A stretch of 64,000 nt of DNA from the human T2T-CHM13v2.0 reference genome, Homo sapiens. Below the pieces are notes generated by a model that did not search any database, was not told where the DNA came from, and saw only the letters and a list, made by a program, of their open reading frames with translations. Of the stretch, positions 43,301-58,300 are shown piece by piece (position 1 is the stretch's first letter; each line of letters begins with the position of its first letter). The stretch is taken from assembly GCF_009914755.1 (NCBI RefSeq), contig NC_060939.1, one strand, 5' to 3'. A program made the position numbers and the translations under genes.

Positions 43301-46300
43301 CACTCATCACAAAGAAGTTTGTCTGAATGCTTCTGTGTAGAATTGATTTGAAGATAATTCCTTTTCCACCACAGTCCGCAAAGGGCTAAAAATATCCACT
43401 TGCCGATTCCACAAAAAGAGAGATTCAAAACTGCTCAATCACAAGATAGGTTCAACTTGGTAATTGGAAAGCACACATGACAAACAATTTCTGAGAATGT
43501 TTCTGTGTAGTTTTTAAGGGAAGATATTTGATTTTCAAATGTAGGCCTCAAATCGCTCCAAATATCCACTTGCATATTGTACAAAAAGAGAGATTCAAAA
43601 CTGGTCACTCAAAAGTTAGGTCCAGCTCTGTGAGCTGAATGCACACATCACAAAGATGTTTCTCAGAAGGTTTCTGTATAGTTTCTATATGAAGATATTG
43701 GCTTTTCCACAATATGCCTCAAATCTCCCCAATTATCCACTTGCAGATTCTAGAAAAAGAGTGTTTCAAAACAGCTCAATCAAAATAAACTTTCAACTCT
43801 GTGAGATCAATGCACACATCACAAAGAAGTTTCTCAGAATGCTTCTGTGTAGTTTTTTTTGTGAAGATATTTGATTTTCCACAGCAGGCTTCCAAGCACT
43901 CCAAATATCCACTCGCAGATTCTGCAAAAAGAGAGATTCAAATCTGCTGAATCAAAAGATAGGTTTAACTCTGTGACTTCAATGCACACCTCACAAGGGT
44001 GTTTCTCAGAAAGCTTCTGTGTAGTTTTTATATGAAGATATCTCCTTCTCCAAAGCAGGTCTCAAAGCCCTCCAAATATTCACTTCAAGATTCTACGGAA
44101 AGATTGTCTCAACACTGCTAAATCTAAACAAATGTTCAACTCTGTGTGATGAATGCACTCATCACAGAGAAGTTTCTCTGAATGCCTCTGTGTAGTTTTT
44201 ATTTGAAGATATTTGCTTTTCCAGTATAGGGCGAAATAGGGCTCCAAATATTCACTTGCAGATTCTACAAAAGGAGAGATTCCAAACTGCTCAATCAAAA
44301 CATAGGTTCAACACTGTGAGTTGAATGCACACATCACAAAGAAGTTTCACAGAGTGCTTCTGGGTAGTTTTTATTTGAGGATATTTCCCTTTCCACAATA
44401 GGCCTCAAAGCTTTCCAAATATCCACTTGCAGATTCTGCAAAAAGAGAGATACAAAACTGCTCTATCAAAAGATAGATTCGACTCTGTGAGTTGAATGCC
44501 AACATCGCAAAGAAGTTTCTCAGAATGCTTCTCTGCAGCTTTTTTGTGAGTATGTTTCGTTTTCCACCATAGGGCGAAATGGGGCTCCAAATATCCACTT
44601 GCATTTCCTACAAAAAGAGAGATTCTAAGCTGCTCAATCAAAACATTGTTTCAACACGGTTAGTTGAATGCACACATCCCAAAGATGTTTTTCAGAGTGC
44701 TTCTGTGTGGTTTTTATGTGAAGATACTTCCTTTTCCACAATAGGCCTCAAATCTCTGTAAATATCCACTTGCAGACTCTACAAAGAGTGTTTCCAAACT
44801 CCTCAATCATAAGATAGGTTCAACTCCGATAGTTGAATGCACACATCACAAAGAAGTTTCTCGGAAAGCTTCTGTGTAGTTTTTGATGAAGATATCTTCT
44901 TCTCTAAAACAGAACTCCAAGCCCTCCAAATATTCACTTCAAGATTCTACGGAAAGATTGTCTCAAACTGCTAAATCAAAACAAAGGTTCAACTCTGTGT
45001 GATGAATGCATTCATCACAAAGAAGTTTCTCTGAGTGCTTCTGTGCAGTTTTTATTTGAAGATAATTGCTTTTCCAGTATAGGGCGAAATAGGGCTCCAA
45101 ATATTCACTTGCAGATTCTACAGAAAGAGAGATTCCAAACTGCTCAATCAAAACATAGGTTCAACACTGTGAGTTGAATGCATACATCGCAAAGAAGTTT
45201 CACAGAGTACTTCTGGGTGGTTTTTATTTGAAGATATTTCCCTTTCCACAATAGGCCTCAAAGCTTTCCAAATGTCCACTTGCAGATTCCACCAAAAGAG
45301 TGTTTCGAAACTGCTCAATCAAAAGAAAGGTTCTACTCTGTGGGATGAATGCACACATCACAAAGTAGTTTCTCAGAATGCTTCTGTGTAGTTTTTATGT
45401 GAAGATATTTGTTTTTCCACAGTAGGCCCCAAAGAGCTCCAAATATTCACTTGCAGATTCTACAAAAAGAGTGTTCCAAAACTGCTCAATCATGAAATAG
45501 GATCAACCCTGTGAGATGAATGTACGTATGACAGAGAAGTTTCTCAGAATGCTTCTGTGTAGTTTTTATGCGAAGATATTCGACTTTCCACAGTACGCCT
45601 CAAAGTTCTCCAATTATCCACTCGTAGATCCTGCAAAAAGAGAGATTCAAAACTGCTCAATCAAAAGATAGTTTCTACTCCATTAGCTGAAAGACCACAT
45701 CACAAAAAAAGTTTCTCAGGATGCTTCTGTGTAGTTTTTATGTGAAGATATTTGGTTTTCCACAGTAGGCCTCAAAGCGCTCCAAATATCCACTCACAGA
45801 TTCTGCAAAAAGAGAGATTCAAAACTGCTGAATCAAAAGACAGTTTCAACTCTGTGACTTCAGTGCACACCTCACAAGGATGTTTCTCAGAATGCTTCTG
45901 TGTAGTTTTTATATAAAGATATCTCCTTCTCCAAAATGGATCTCAAAGTTCTCCAAATATTCACTTCCAGATTCTATGGAAAGATTGTCTCAAAACTGCT
46001 CAATCAAACCAAAGGTTCAACTCTGTGAGATGAATGCCCACATCACAAAGAAGTTTCTCAGAGTACTTCTGTGTAGTTTCTATTTGAGGATAGTTCCTTT
46101 TCCACCACAGACCAGAAAGGGCTCCAAATATCCATTGCAGATGGTACAAAAAGTGAGATTCAAAACTGCTCAATCCAAAGGTAGTTTCAACCATGTGATA
46201 TGAATGCACACAGCACAGAGAATTTTCTCAAAATGCGTCTGTCTAGTTTTTATTTGAAGATATTTCCTTTTCTACCATAGGCCACAAACGTCTCCAAATA

Positions 46301-49300
46301 TCCACATGCAGCTTCTACAAAAAGAGAGATTCAAAACTTCTCAATCAAAAGATAGGTTCAACTCTGTGAGTTGAAAGCACACCTCACAAAGAAGTTTCTC
46401 AGAGTGCTTCTGTGTGTTTTTATGTGAAGATATTTCCTTTTCCACAATAGGCCTCAAAGCTCTCCAAATATCTGCGAGCAGAGTCTACAAAATGAGAGAT
46501 TCAAAACTGCTCAATGAAAAGATAGGTTCAACTCTGTGAGTTGAATGCACACCTCCAAAGAAGTTTCTCAGAATGCTTCCGTGTAGTTTTTATGTGAAGA
46601 TATTTACTTTTCCACAGTTGTCCCAAAGCTCTAAAATGTCCACTTGCAGACCCTCCAAAAGAGTGTTTCAGAATTGCTCAATCAAAGGGAAGGTTCAATT
46701 CTGTGTGACCAATGCACTCATCACAAAGAAGTTTGTCTGAATGCTTCTGTGTAGAATTGATTTGAAGATAATTCCTTTTCCACCACAGTCCGCAAAGGGC
46801 TAAAAATATCCACTTGCCGATTCCACAAAAAGAGAGATTCAAAACTGCTCAATCACAAGATAGGTTCAACTTGGTAATTGGAAAGCACACATGACAAACA
46901 ATTTCTGAGAATGTTTCTGTGTAGTTTTTAAGGGAAGATATTTGATTTTCAAATGTAGGCCTCAAATCGCTCCAAATATCCACTTGCATATTGTACAAAA
47001 AGAGAGATTCAAAACTGGTCACTCAAAAGTTAGGTCCAGCTCTGTGAGCTGAATGCACACATCACAAAGATGTTTCTCAGAAGGTTTCTGTATAGTTTTT
47101 ATATGAAGATATTGGCTTTTCCACAATATGCCTCAAATCTCCCCAATTATCCACTTGCAGATTCTAGAAAAAGAGTGTTTCAAAACAGCTCAATCAAAAT
47201 AAACTTTCAACTCTGTGAGATCAATGCACACATCACAAAGAAGTTTCTCAGAATGCTTCTGTGTAGTTTTTTTTGTGAAGATATTTGATTTTCCACAGCA
47301 GGCTTCCAAGCACTCCAAATATCCACTCGCAGATTCTGCAAAAAGAGAGATTCAAATCTGCTGAATCAAAAGATAGGTTTAACTCTGTGACTTCAATGCA
47401 CACCTCACAAGGGTGTTTCTCAGAAAGCTTCTGTGTAGTTTTTATATGAAGATATCTCCTTCTCCAAAGCAGGTCTCAAAGCCCTCCAAATATTCACTTC
47501 AAGATTCTACGGAAAGATTGTCTCAACACTGCTAAATCTAAACAAATGTTCAACTCTGTGTGATGAATGCACTCATCACAGAGAAGTTTCTCTGAATGCC
47601 TCTGTGTAGTTTTTATTTGAAGATATTTGCTTTTCCAGTATAGGGCGAAATAGGGCTCCAAATATTCACTTGCAGATTCTACAAAAGGAGAGATTCCAAA
47701 CTGCTCAATCAAAACATAGGTTCAACACTGTGAGTTGAATGCACACATCACAAAGAAGTTTCACAGAGTGCTTCTGGGTAGTTTTTATTTGAGGATATTT
47801 CCCTTTCCACAATAGGCCTCAAAGCTTTCCAAATATCCACTTGCAGATTCTGCAAAAAGAGAGATACAAAACTGCTCTATCAAAAGATAGATTCGACTCT
47901 GTGAGTTGAATGCCAACATCGCAAAGAAGTTTCTCAGAATGCTTCTCTGCAGCTTTTTTGTGAGTATGTTTCGTTTTCCACCATAGGGCGAAATGGGGCT
48001 CCAAATATCCACTTGCATTTCCTACAAAAAGAGAGATTCTAAGCTGCTCAATCAAAACATTGTTTCAACACGGTTAGTTGAATGCACACATCCCAAAGAT
48101 GTTTTTCAGAGTGCTTCTGTGTGGTTTTTATGTGAAGATACTTCCTTTTCCACAATAGGCCTCAAATCTCTGTAAATATCCACTTGCAGACTCTACAAAG
48201 AGTGTTTCCAAACTCCTCAATCATAAGATAGGTTCAACTCCGATAGTTAAATGCACACATCACAAAGAAGTTTCTCGGAAAGCTTCTGTGTAGTTTTTGA
48301 TGAAGATATCTTCTTCTCTAAAACAGAACTCCAAGCCCTCCAAATATTCACTTCAAGATTCTACGGAAAGATTGTCTCAAACTGCTAAATCAAAACAAAG
48401 GTTCAACTCTGTGTGATGAATGCATTCATCACAAAGAAGTTTCTCTGAGTGCTTCTGTGCAGTTTTTATTTGAAGATAATTGCTTTTCCAGTATAGGGCG
48501 AAATAGGGCTCCAAATATTCACTTGCAGATTCTACAGAAAGAGAGATTCCAAACTGCTCAATCAAAACATAGGTTCAACACTGTGAGTTGAATGCATACA
48601 TCGCAAAGAAGTTTCACAGAGTACTTCTGGGTGGTTTTTATTTGAAGATATTTCCCTTTCCACAATAGGCCTCAAAGCTTTCCAAATGTCCACTTGCAGA
48701 TTCCACCAAAAGAGTGTTTCGAAACTGCTCAATCAAAAGAAAGGTTCTACTCTGTGGGATGAATGCACACATCACAAAGTAGTTTCTCAGAATGCTTCTG
48801 TGTAGTTTTTATGTGAAGATATTTGTTTTTCCACAGTAGGCCCCAAAGAGCTCCAAATATTCACTTGCAGATTCTACAAAAAGAGTGTTCCAAAACTGCT
48901 CAATCATGAAATAGGATCAACCCTGTGAGATGAATGTACGTATGACAGAGAAGTTTCTCAGAATGCTTCTGTGTAGTTTTTATGCGAAGATATTCGACTT
49001 TCCACAGTACGCCTCAAAGTTCTCCAATTATCCACTCGTAGATCCTGCAAAAAGAGAGATTCAAAACTGCTCAATCAAAAGATAGTTTCTACTCCATTAG
49101 CTGAAAGACCACATCACAAAAAAAGTTTCTCAGGATGCTTCTGTGTAGTTTTTATGTGAAGATATTTGGTTTTCCACAGTAGGCCTCAAAGCGCTCCAAA
49201 TATCCACTCACAGATTCTGCAAAAAGAGAGATTCAAAACTGCTGAATCAAAAGACAGTTTCAACTCTGTGACTTCAGTGCACACCTCACAAGGATGTTTC

Positions 49301-52300
49301 TCAGAATGCTTCTGTGTAGTTTTTATATAAAGATATCTCCTTCTCCAAAATGGATCTCAAAGTTCTCCAAATATTCACTTCCAGATTCTATGGAAAGATT
49401 GTCTCAAAACTGCTCAATCAAACCAAAGGTTCAACTCTGTGAGATGAATGCCCACATCACAAAGAAGTTTCTCAGAGTACTTCTGTGTAGTTTCTATTTG
49501 AGGATAGTTCCTTTTCCACCACAGACCAGAAAGGGCTCCAAATATCCATTGCAGATGGTACAAAAAGTGAGATTCAAAACTGCTCAATCCAAAGGTAGTT
49601 TCAACCATGTGATATGAATGCACACAGCACAGAGAATTTTCTCAAAATGCGTCTGTCTAGTTTTTATTTGAAGATATTTCCTTTTCTACCATAGGCCACA
49701 AACGTCTCCAAATATCCACATGCAGCTTCTACAAAAAGAGAGATTCAAAACTTCTCAATCAAAAGATAGGTTCAACTCTGTGAGTTGAAAGCACACCTCA
49801 CAAAGAAGTTTCTCAGAGTGCTTCTGTGTGTTTTTATGTGAAGATATTTCCTTTTCCACAATAGGCCTCAAAGCTCTCCAAATATCTGCGAGCAGAGTCT
49901 ACAAAATGAGAGATTCAAAACTGCTCAATGAAAAGATAGGTTCAACTCTGTGAGTTGAATGCACACCTCCAAAGAAGTTTCTCAGAATGCTTCCGTGTAG
50001 TTTTTATGTGAAGATATTTACTTTTCCACAGTTGTCCCAAAGCTCTAAAATGTCCACTTGCAGACCCTCCAAAAGAGTGTTTCAGAATTGCTCAATCAAA
50101 GGGAAGGTTCAATTCTGTGTGACCAATGCACTCATCACAAAGAAGTTTGTCTGAATGCTTCTGTGTAGAATTGATTTGAAGATAATTCCTTTTCCACCAC
50201 AGTCCGCAAAGGGCTAAAAATATCCACTTGCCGATTCCACAAAAAGAGAGATTCAAAACTGCTCAATCACAAGATAGGTTCAACTTGGTAATTGGAAAGC
50301 ACACATGACAAACAATTTCTGAGAATGTTTCTGTGTAGTTTTTAAGGGAAGATATTTGATTTTCAAATGTAGGCCTCAAATCGCTCCAAATATCCACTTG
50401 CATATTGTACAAAAAGAGAGATTCAAAACTGGTCACTCAAAAGTTAGGTCCAGCTCTGTGAGCTGAATGCACACATCACAAAGATGTTTCTCAGAAGGTT
50501 TCTGTATAGTTTCTATATGAAGATATTGGCTTTTCCACAATATGCCTCAAATCTCCCCAATTATCCACTTGCAGATTCTAGAAAAAGAGTGTTTCAAAAC
50601 AGCTCAATCAAAATAAACTTTCAACTCTGTGAGATCAATGCACACATCACAAAGAAGTTTCTCAGAATGCTTCTGTGTAGTTTTTTTTGTGAAGATATTT
50701 GATTTTCCACAGCAGGCTTCCAAGCACTCCAAATATCCACTCGCAGATTCTGCAAAAAGAGAGATTCAAATCTGCTGAATCAAAAGATAGGTTTAACTCT
50801 GTGACTTCAATGCACACCTCACAAGGGTGTTTCTCAGAAAGCTTCTGTGTAGTTTTTATATGAAGATATCTCCTTCTCCAAAGCAGGTCTCAAAGCCCTC
50901 CAAATATTCACTTCAAGATTCTACGGAAAGATTGTCTCAACACTGCTAAATCTAAACAAATGTTCAACTCTGTGTGATGAATGCACTCATCACAGAGAAG
51001 TTTCTCTGAATGCCTCTGTGTAGTTTTTATTTGAAGATATTTGCTTTTCCAGTATAGGGCGAAATAGGGCTCCAAATATTCACTTGCAGATTCTACAAAA
51101 GGAGAGATTCCAAACTGCTCAATCAAAACATAGGTTCAACACTGTGAGTTGAATGCACACATCACAAAGAAGTTTCACAGAGTGCTTCTGGGTAGTTTTT
51201 ATTTGAGGATATTTCCCTTTCCACAATAGGCCTCAAAGCTTTCCAAATATCCACTTGCAGATTCTGCAAAAAGAGAGATACAAAACTGCTCTATCAAAAG
51301 ATAGATTCGACTCTGTGAGTTGAATGCCAACATCGCAAAGAAGTTTCTCAGAATGCTTCTCTGCAGCTTTTTTGTGAGTATGTTTCGTTTTCCACCATAG
51401 GGCGAAATGGGGCTCCAAATATCCACTTGCATTTCCTACAAAAAGAGAGATTCTAAGCTGCTCAATCAAAACATTGTTTCAACACGGTTAGTTGAATGCA
51501 CACATCCCAAAGATGTTTTTCAGAGTGCTTCTGTGTGGTTTTTATGTGAAGATACTTCCTTTTCCACAATAGGCCTCAAATCTCTGTAAATATCCACTTG
51601 CAGACTCTACAAAGAGTGTTTCCAAACTCCTCAATCATAAGATAGGTTCAACTCCGATAGTTAAATGCACACATCACAAAGAAGTTTCTCGGAAAGCTTC
51701 TGTGTAGTTTTTGATGAAGATATCTTCTTCTCTAAAACAGAACTCCAAGCCCTCCAAATATTCACTTCAAGATTCTACGGAAAGATTGTCTCAAACTGCT
51801 AAATCAAAACAAAGGTTCAACTCTGTGTGATGAATGCATTCATCACAAAGAAGTTTCTCTGAGTGCTTCTGTGCAGTTTTTATTTGAAGATAATTGCTTT
51901 TCCAGTATAGGGCGAAATAGGGCTCCAAATATTCACTTGCAGATTCTACAGAAAGAGAGATTCCAAACTGCTCAATCAAAACATAGGTTCAACACTGTGA
52001 GTTGAATGCATACATCGCAAAGAAGTTTCACAGAGTACTTCTGGGTGGTTTTTATTTGAAGATATTTCCCTTTCCACAATAGGCCTCAAAGCTTTCCAAA
52101 TGTCCACTTGCAGATTCCACCAAAAGAGTGTTTCGAAACTGCTCAATCAAAAGAAAGGTTCTACTCTGTGGGATGAATGCACACATCACAAAGTAGTTTC
52201 TCAGAATGCTTCTGTGTAGTTTTTATGTGAAGATATTTGTTTTTCCACAGTAGGCCCCAAAGAGCTCCAAATATTCACTTGCAGATTCTACAAAAAGAGT

Positions 52301-55300
52301 GTTCCAAAACTGCTCAATCATGAAATAGGATCAACCCTGTGAGATGAATGTACGTATGACAGAGAAGTTTCTCAGAATGCTTCTGTGTAGTTTTTATGCG
52401 AAGATATTCGACTTTCCACAGTACGCCTCAAAGTTCTCCAATTATCCACTCGTAGATCCTGCAAAAAGAGAGATTCAAAACTGCTCAATCAAAAGATAGT
52501 TTCTACTCCATTAGCTGAAAGACCACATCACAAAAAAAGTTTCTCAGGATGCTTCTGTGTAGTTTTTATGTGAAGATATTTGGTTTTCCACAGTAGGCCT
52601 CAAAGCGCTCCAAATATCCACTCACAGATTCTGCAAAAAGAGAGATTCAAAACTGCTGAATCAAAAGACAGTTTCAACTCTGTGACTTCAGTGCACACCT
52701 CACAAGGATGTTTCTCAGAATGCTTCTGTGTAGTTTTTATATAAAGATATCTCCTTCTCCAAAATGGATCTCAAAGTTCTCCAAATATTCACTTCCAGAT
52801 TCTATGGAAAGATTGTCTCAAAACTGCTCAATCAAACCAAAGGTTCAACTCTGTGAGATGAATGCCCACATCACAAAGAAGTTTCTCAGAGTACTTCTGT
52901 GTAGTTTCTATTTGAGGATAGTTCCTTTTCCACCACAGACCAGAAAGGGCTCCAAATATCCATTGCAGATGGTACAAAAAGTGAGATTCAAAACTGCTCA
53001 ATCCAAAGGTAGTTTCAACCATGTGATATGAATGCACACAGCACAGAGAATTTTCTCAAAATGCGTCTGTCTAGTTTTTATTTGAAGATATTTCCTTTTC
53101 TACCATAGGCCACAAACCTCTCCAAATATCCACATGCAGCTTCTACAAAAAGAGAGATTCAAAACTTCTCAATCAAAAGATAGGTTCAACTCTGTGAGTT
53201 GAAAGCACACCTCACAGAGAAGTTTCTCAGAGTGCTTCTGTGTGTTTTTATGTGAAGATATTTCCTTTTCCACAATAGGCCTCAAAGCTCTCCAAATATC
53301 TGCGAGCAGAGTCTACAAAATGAGAGATTCAAAACTGCTCAATGAAAAGATAGGTTCAACTCTGTGAGTTGAATGCACACCTCCAAAGAAGTTTCTCAGA
53401 ATGCTTCCGTGTAGTTTTTATGTGAAGATATTTACTTTTCCACAGTTGTCCCAAAGCTCTAAAATGTCCACTTGCAGACCCTCCAAAAGAGTGTTTCAGA
53501 ATTGCTCAATCAAAGGGAAGGTTCAATTCTGTGTGACCAATGCACTCATCACAAAGAAGTTTGTCTGAATGCTTCTGTGTAGAATTGATTTGAAGATAAT
53601 TCCTTTTCCACCACAGTCCGCAAAGGGCTAAAAATATCCACTTGCCGATTCCACAAAAAGAGAGATTCAAAACTGCTCAATCACAAGATAGGTTCAACTT
53701 GGTAATTGGAAAGCACACATGACAAACAATTTCTGAGAATGTTTCTGTGTAGTTTTTAAGGGAAGATATTTGATTTTCAAATGTAGGCCTCAAATCGCTC
53801 CAAATATCCACTTGCATATTGTACAAAAAGAGAGATTCAAAACTGGTCACTCAAAAGTTAGGTCCAGCTCTGTGAGCTGAATGCACACATCACAAAGATG
53901 TTTCTCAGAAGGTTTCTGTATAGTTTCTATATGAAGATATTGGCTTTTCCACAATATGCCTCAAATCTCCCCAATTATCCACTTGCAGATTCTAGAAAAA
54001 GAGTGTTTCAAAACAGCTCAATCAAAATAAACTTTCAACTCTGTGAGATCAATGCACACATCACAAAGAAGTTTCTCAGAATGCTTCTGTGTAGTTTTTT
54101 TTGTGAAGATATTTGATTTTCCACAGCAGGCTTCCAAGCACTCCAAATATCCACTCGCAGATTCTGCAAAAAGAGAGATTCAAATCTGCTGAATCAAAAG
54201 ATAGGTTTAACTCTGTGACTTCAATGCACACCTCACAAGGGTGTTTCTCAGAAAGCTTCTGTGTAGTTTTTATATGAAGATATCTCCTTCTCCAAAGCAG
54301 GTCTCAAAGCCCTCCAAATATTCACTTCAAGATTCTACGGAAAGATTGTCTCAACACTGCTAAATCTAAACAAATGTTCAACTCTGTGTGATGAATGCAC
54401 TCATCACAGAGAAGTTTCTCTGAATGCCTCTGTGTAGTTTTTATTTGAAGATATTTGCTTTTCCAGTATAGGGCGAAATAGGGCTCCAAATATTCACTTG
54501 CAGATTCTACAAAAGGAGAGATTCCAAACTGCTCAATCAAAACATAGGTTCAACACTGTGAGTTGAATGCACACATCACAAAGAAGTTTCACAGAGTGCT
54601 TCTGGGTAGTTTTTATTTGAGGATATTTCCCTTTCCACAATAGGCCTCAAAGCTTTCCAAATATCCACTTGCAGATTCTGCAAAAAGAGAGATACAAAAC
54701 TGCTCTATCAAAAGATAGATTCGACTCTGTGAGTTGAATGCCAACATCGCAAAGAAGTTTCTCAGAATGCTTCTCTGCAGCTTTTTTGTGAGTATGTTTC
54801 GTTTTCCACCATAGGGCGAAATGGGGCTCCAAATATCCACTTGCATTTCCTACAAAAAGAGAGATTCTAAGCTGCTCAATCAAAACATTGTTTCAACACG
54901 GTTAGTTTAATGCACACATCCCAAAGATGTTTTTCAGAGTGCTTCTGTGTGGTTTTTATGTGAAGATACTTCCTTTTCCACAATAGGCCTCAAATCTCTG
55001 TAAATATCCACTTGCAGACTCTACAAAGAGTGTTTCCAAACTCCTCAATCATAAGATAGGTTCAACTCCGATAGTTGAATGCACACATCACAAAGAAGTT
55101 TCTCGGAAAGCTTCTGTGTAGTTTTTGATGAAGATATCTTCTTCTCTAAAACAGAACTCCAAGCCCTCCAAATATTCACTTCAAGATTCTACGGAAAGAT
55201 TGTCTCAAACTGCTAAATCAAAACAAAGGTTCAACTCTGTGTGATGAATGCATTCATCACAAAGAAGTTTCTCTGAGTGCTTCTGTGCAGTTTTTATTTG

Positions 55301-58300
55301 AAGATAATTGCTTTTCCAGTATAGGGCGAAATAGGGCTCCAAATATTCACTTGCAGATTCTACAGAAAGAGAGATTCCAAACTGCTCAATCAAAACATAG
55401 GTTCAACACTGTGAGTTGAATGCATACATCGCAAAGAAGTTTCACAGAGTACTTCTGGGTGGTTTTTATTTGAAGATATTTCCCTTTCCACAATAGGCCT
55501 CAAAGCTTTCCAAATGTCCACTTGCAGATTCCACCAAAAGAGTGTTTCGAAACTGCTCAATCAAAAGAAAGGTTCTACTCTGTGGGATGAATGCACACAT
55601 CACAAAGTAGTTTCTCAGAATGCTTCTGTGTAGTTTTTATGTGAAGATATTTGTTTTTCCACAGTAGGCCCCAAAGAGCTCCAAATATTCACTTGCAGAT
55701 TCTACAAAAAGAGTGTTCCAAAACTGCTCAATCATGAAATAGGATCAACCCTGTGAGATGAATGTACGTATGACAGAGAAGTTTCTCAGAATGCTTCTGT
55801 GTAGTTTTTATGCGAAGATATTCGACTTTCCACAGTACGCCTCAAAGTTCTCCAATTATCCACTCGTAGATCCTGCAAAAAGAGAGATTCAAAACTGCTC
55901 AATCAAAAGATAGTTTCTACTCCATTAGCTGAAAGACCACATCACAAAAAAAGTTTCTCAGGATGCTTCTGTGTAGTTTTTATGTGAAGATATTTGGTTT
56001 TCCACAGTAGGCCTCAAAGCGCTCCAAATATCCACTCACAGATTCTGCAAAAAGAGAGATTCAAAACTGCTGAATCAAAAGACAGTTTCAACTCTGTGAC
56101 TTCAGTGCACACCTCACAAGGATGTTTCTCAGAATGCTTCTGTGTAGTTTTTATATAAAGATATCTCCTTCTCCAAAATGGATCTCAAAGTTCTCCAAAT
56201 ATTCACTTCCAGATTCTATGGAAAGATTGTCTCAAAACTGCTCAATCAAACCAAAGGTTCAACTCTGTGAGATGAATGCCCACATCACAAAGAAGTTTCT
56301 CAGAGTACTTCTGTGTAGTTTCTATTTGAGGATAGTTCCTTTTCCACCACAGACCAGAAAGGGCTCCAAATATCCATTGCAGATGGTACAAAAAGTGAGA
56401 TTCAAAACTGCTCAATCCAAAGGTAGTTTCAACCATGTGATATGAATGCACACAGCACAGAGAATTTTCTCAAAATGCGTCTGTCTAGTTTTTATTTGAA
56501 GATATTTCCTTTTCTACCATAGGCCACAAACGTCTCCAAATATCCACATGCAGCTTCTACAAAAAGAGAGATTCAAAACTTCTCAATCAAAAGATAGGTT
56601 CAACTCTGTGAGTTGAAAGCACACCTCACAAAGAAGTTTCTCAGAGTGCTTCTGTGTGTTTTTATGTGAAGATATTTCCTTTTCCACAATAGGCCTCAAA
56701 GCTCTCCAAATATCTGCGAGCAGAGTCTACAAAATGAGAGATTCAAAACTGCTCAATGAAAAGATAGGTTCAACTCTGTGAGTTGAATGCACACCTCCAA
56801 AGAAGTTTCTCAGAATGCTTCCGTGTAGTTTTTATGTGAAGATATTTACTTTTCCACAGTTGTCCCAAAGCTCTAAAATGTCCACTTGCAGACCCTCCAA
56901 AAGAGTGTTTCAGAATTGCTCAATCAAAGGGAAGGTTCAATTCTGTGTGACCAATGCACTCATCACAAAGAAGTTTGTCTGAATGCTTCTGTGTAGAATT
57001 GATTTGAAGATAATTCCTTTTCCACCACAGTCCGCAAAGGGCTAAAAATATCCACTTGCCGATTCCACAAAAAGAGAGATTCAAAACTGCTCAATCACAA
57101 GATAGGTTCAACTTGGTAATTGGAAAGCACACATGACAAACAATTTCTGAGAATGTTTCTGTGTAGTTTTTAAGGGAAGATATTTGATTTTCAAATGTAG
57201 GCCTCAAATCGCTCCAAATATCCACTTGCATATTGTACAAAAAGAGAGATTCAAAACTGGTCACTCAAAAGTTAGGTCCAGCTCTGTGAGCTGAATGCAC
57301 ACATCACAAAGATGTTTCTCAGAAGGTTTCTGTATAGTTTTTATATGAAGATATTGGCTTTTCCACAATATGCCTCAAATCTCCCCAATTATCCACTTGC
57401 AGATTCTAGAAAAAGAGTGTTTCAAAACAGCTCAATCAAAATAAACTTTCAACTCTGTGAGATCAATGCACACATCACAAAGAAGTTTCTCAGAATGCTT
57501 CTGTGTAGTTTTTTTTGTGAAGATATTTGATTTTCCACAGCAGGCTTCCAAGCACTCCAAATATCCACTCGCAGATTCTGCAAAAAGAGAGATTCAAATC
57601 TGCTGAATCAAAAGATAGGTTTAACTCTGTGACTTCAATGCACACCTCACAAGGGTGTTTCTCAGAAAGCTTCTGTGTAGTTTTTATATGAAGATATCTC
57701 CTTCTCCAAAGCAGGTCTCAAAGCCCTCCAAATATTCACTTCAAGATTCTACGGAAAGATTGTCTCAACACTGCTAAATCTAAACAAATGTTCAACTCTG
57801 TGTGATGAATGCACTCATCACAGAGAAGTTTCTCTGAATGCCTCTGTGTAGTTTTTATTTGAAGATATTTGCTTTTCCAGTATAGGGCGAAATAGGGCTC
57901 CAAATATTCACTTGCAGATTCTACAAAAGGAGAGATTCCAAACTGCTCAATCAAAACATAGGTTCAACACTGTGAGTTGAATGCACACATCACAAAGAAG
58001 TTTCACAGAGTGCTTCTGGGTAGTTTTTATTTGAGGATATTTCCCTTTCCACAATAGGCCTCAAAGCTTTCCAAATATCCACTTGCAGATTCTGCAAAAA
58101 GAGAGATACAAAACTGCTCTATCAAAAGATAGATTCGACTCTGTGAGTTGAATGCCAACATCACAAAGAAGTTTCTCAGAATGCTTCTCTGCAGCTTTTT
58201 TGTGAGTATGTTTCGTTTTCCACCATAGGGCGAAATGGGGCTCCAAATATCCACTTGCATTTCCTACAAAAAGAGAGATTCTAAGCTGCTCAATCAAAAC

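Noticed and set aside
54821-55003. Missing 60-aa ORF in U17, resembling a pseudogene
   Set aside because: A single G>T at 54907 creates TAA in a spurious frame. It is just a private satellite SNV.
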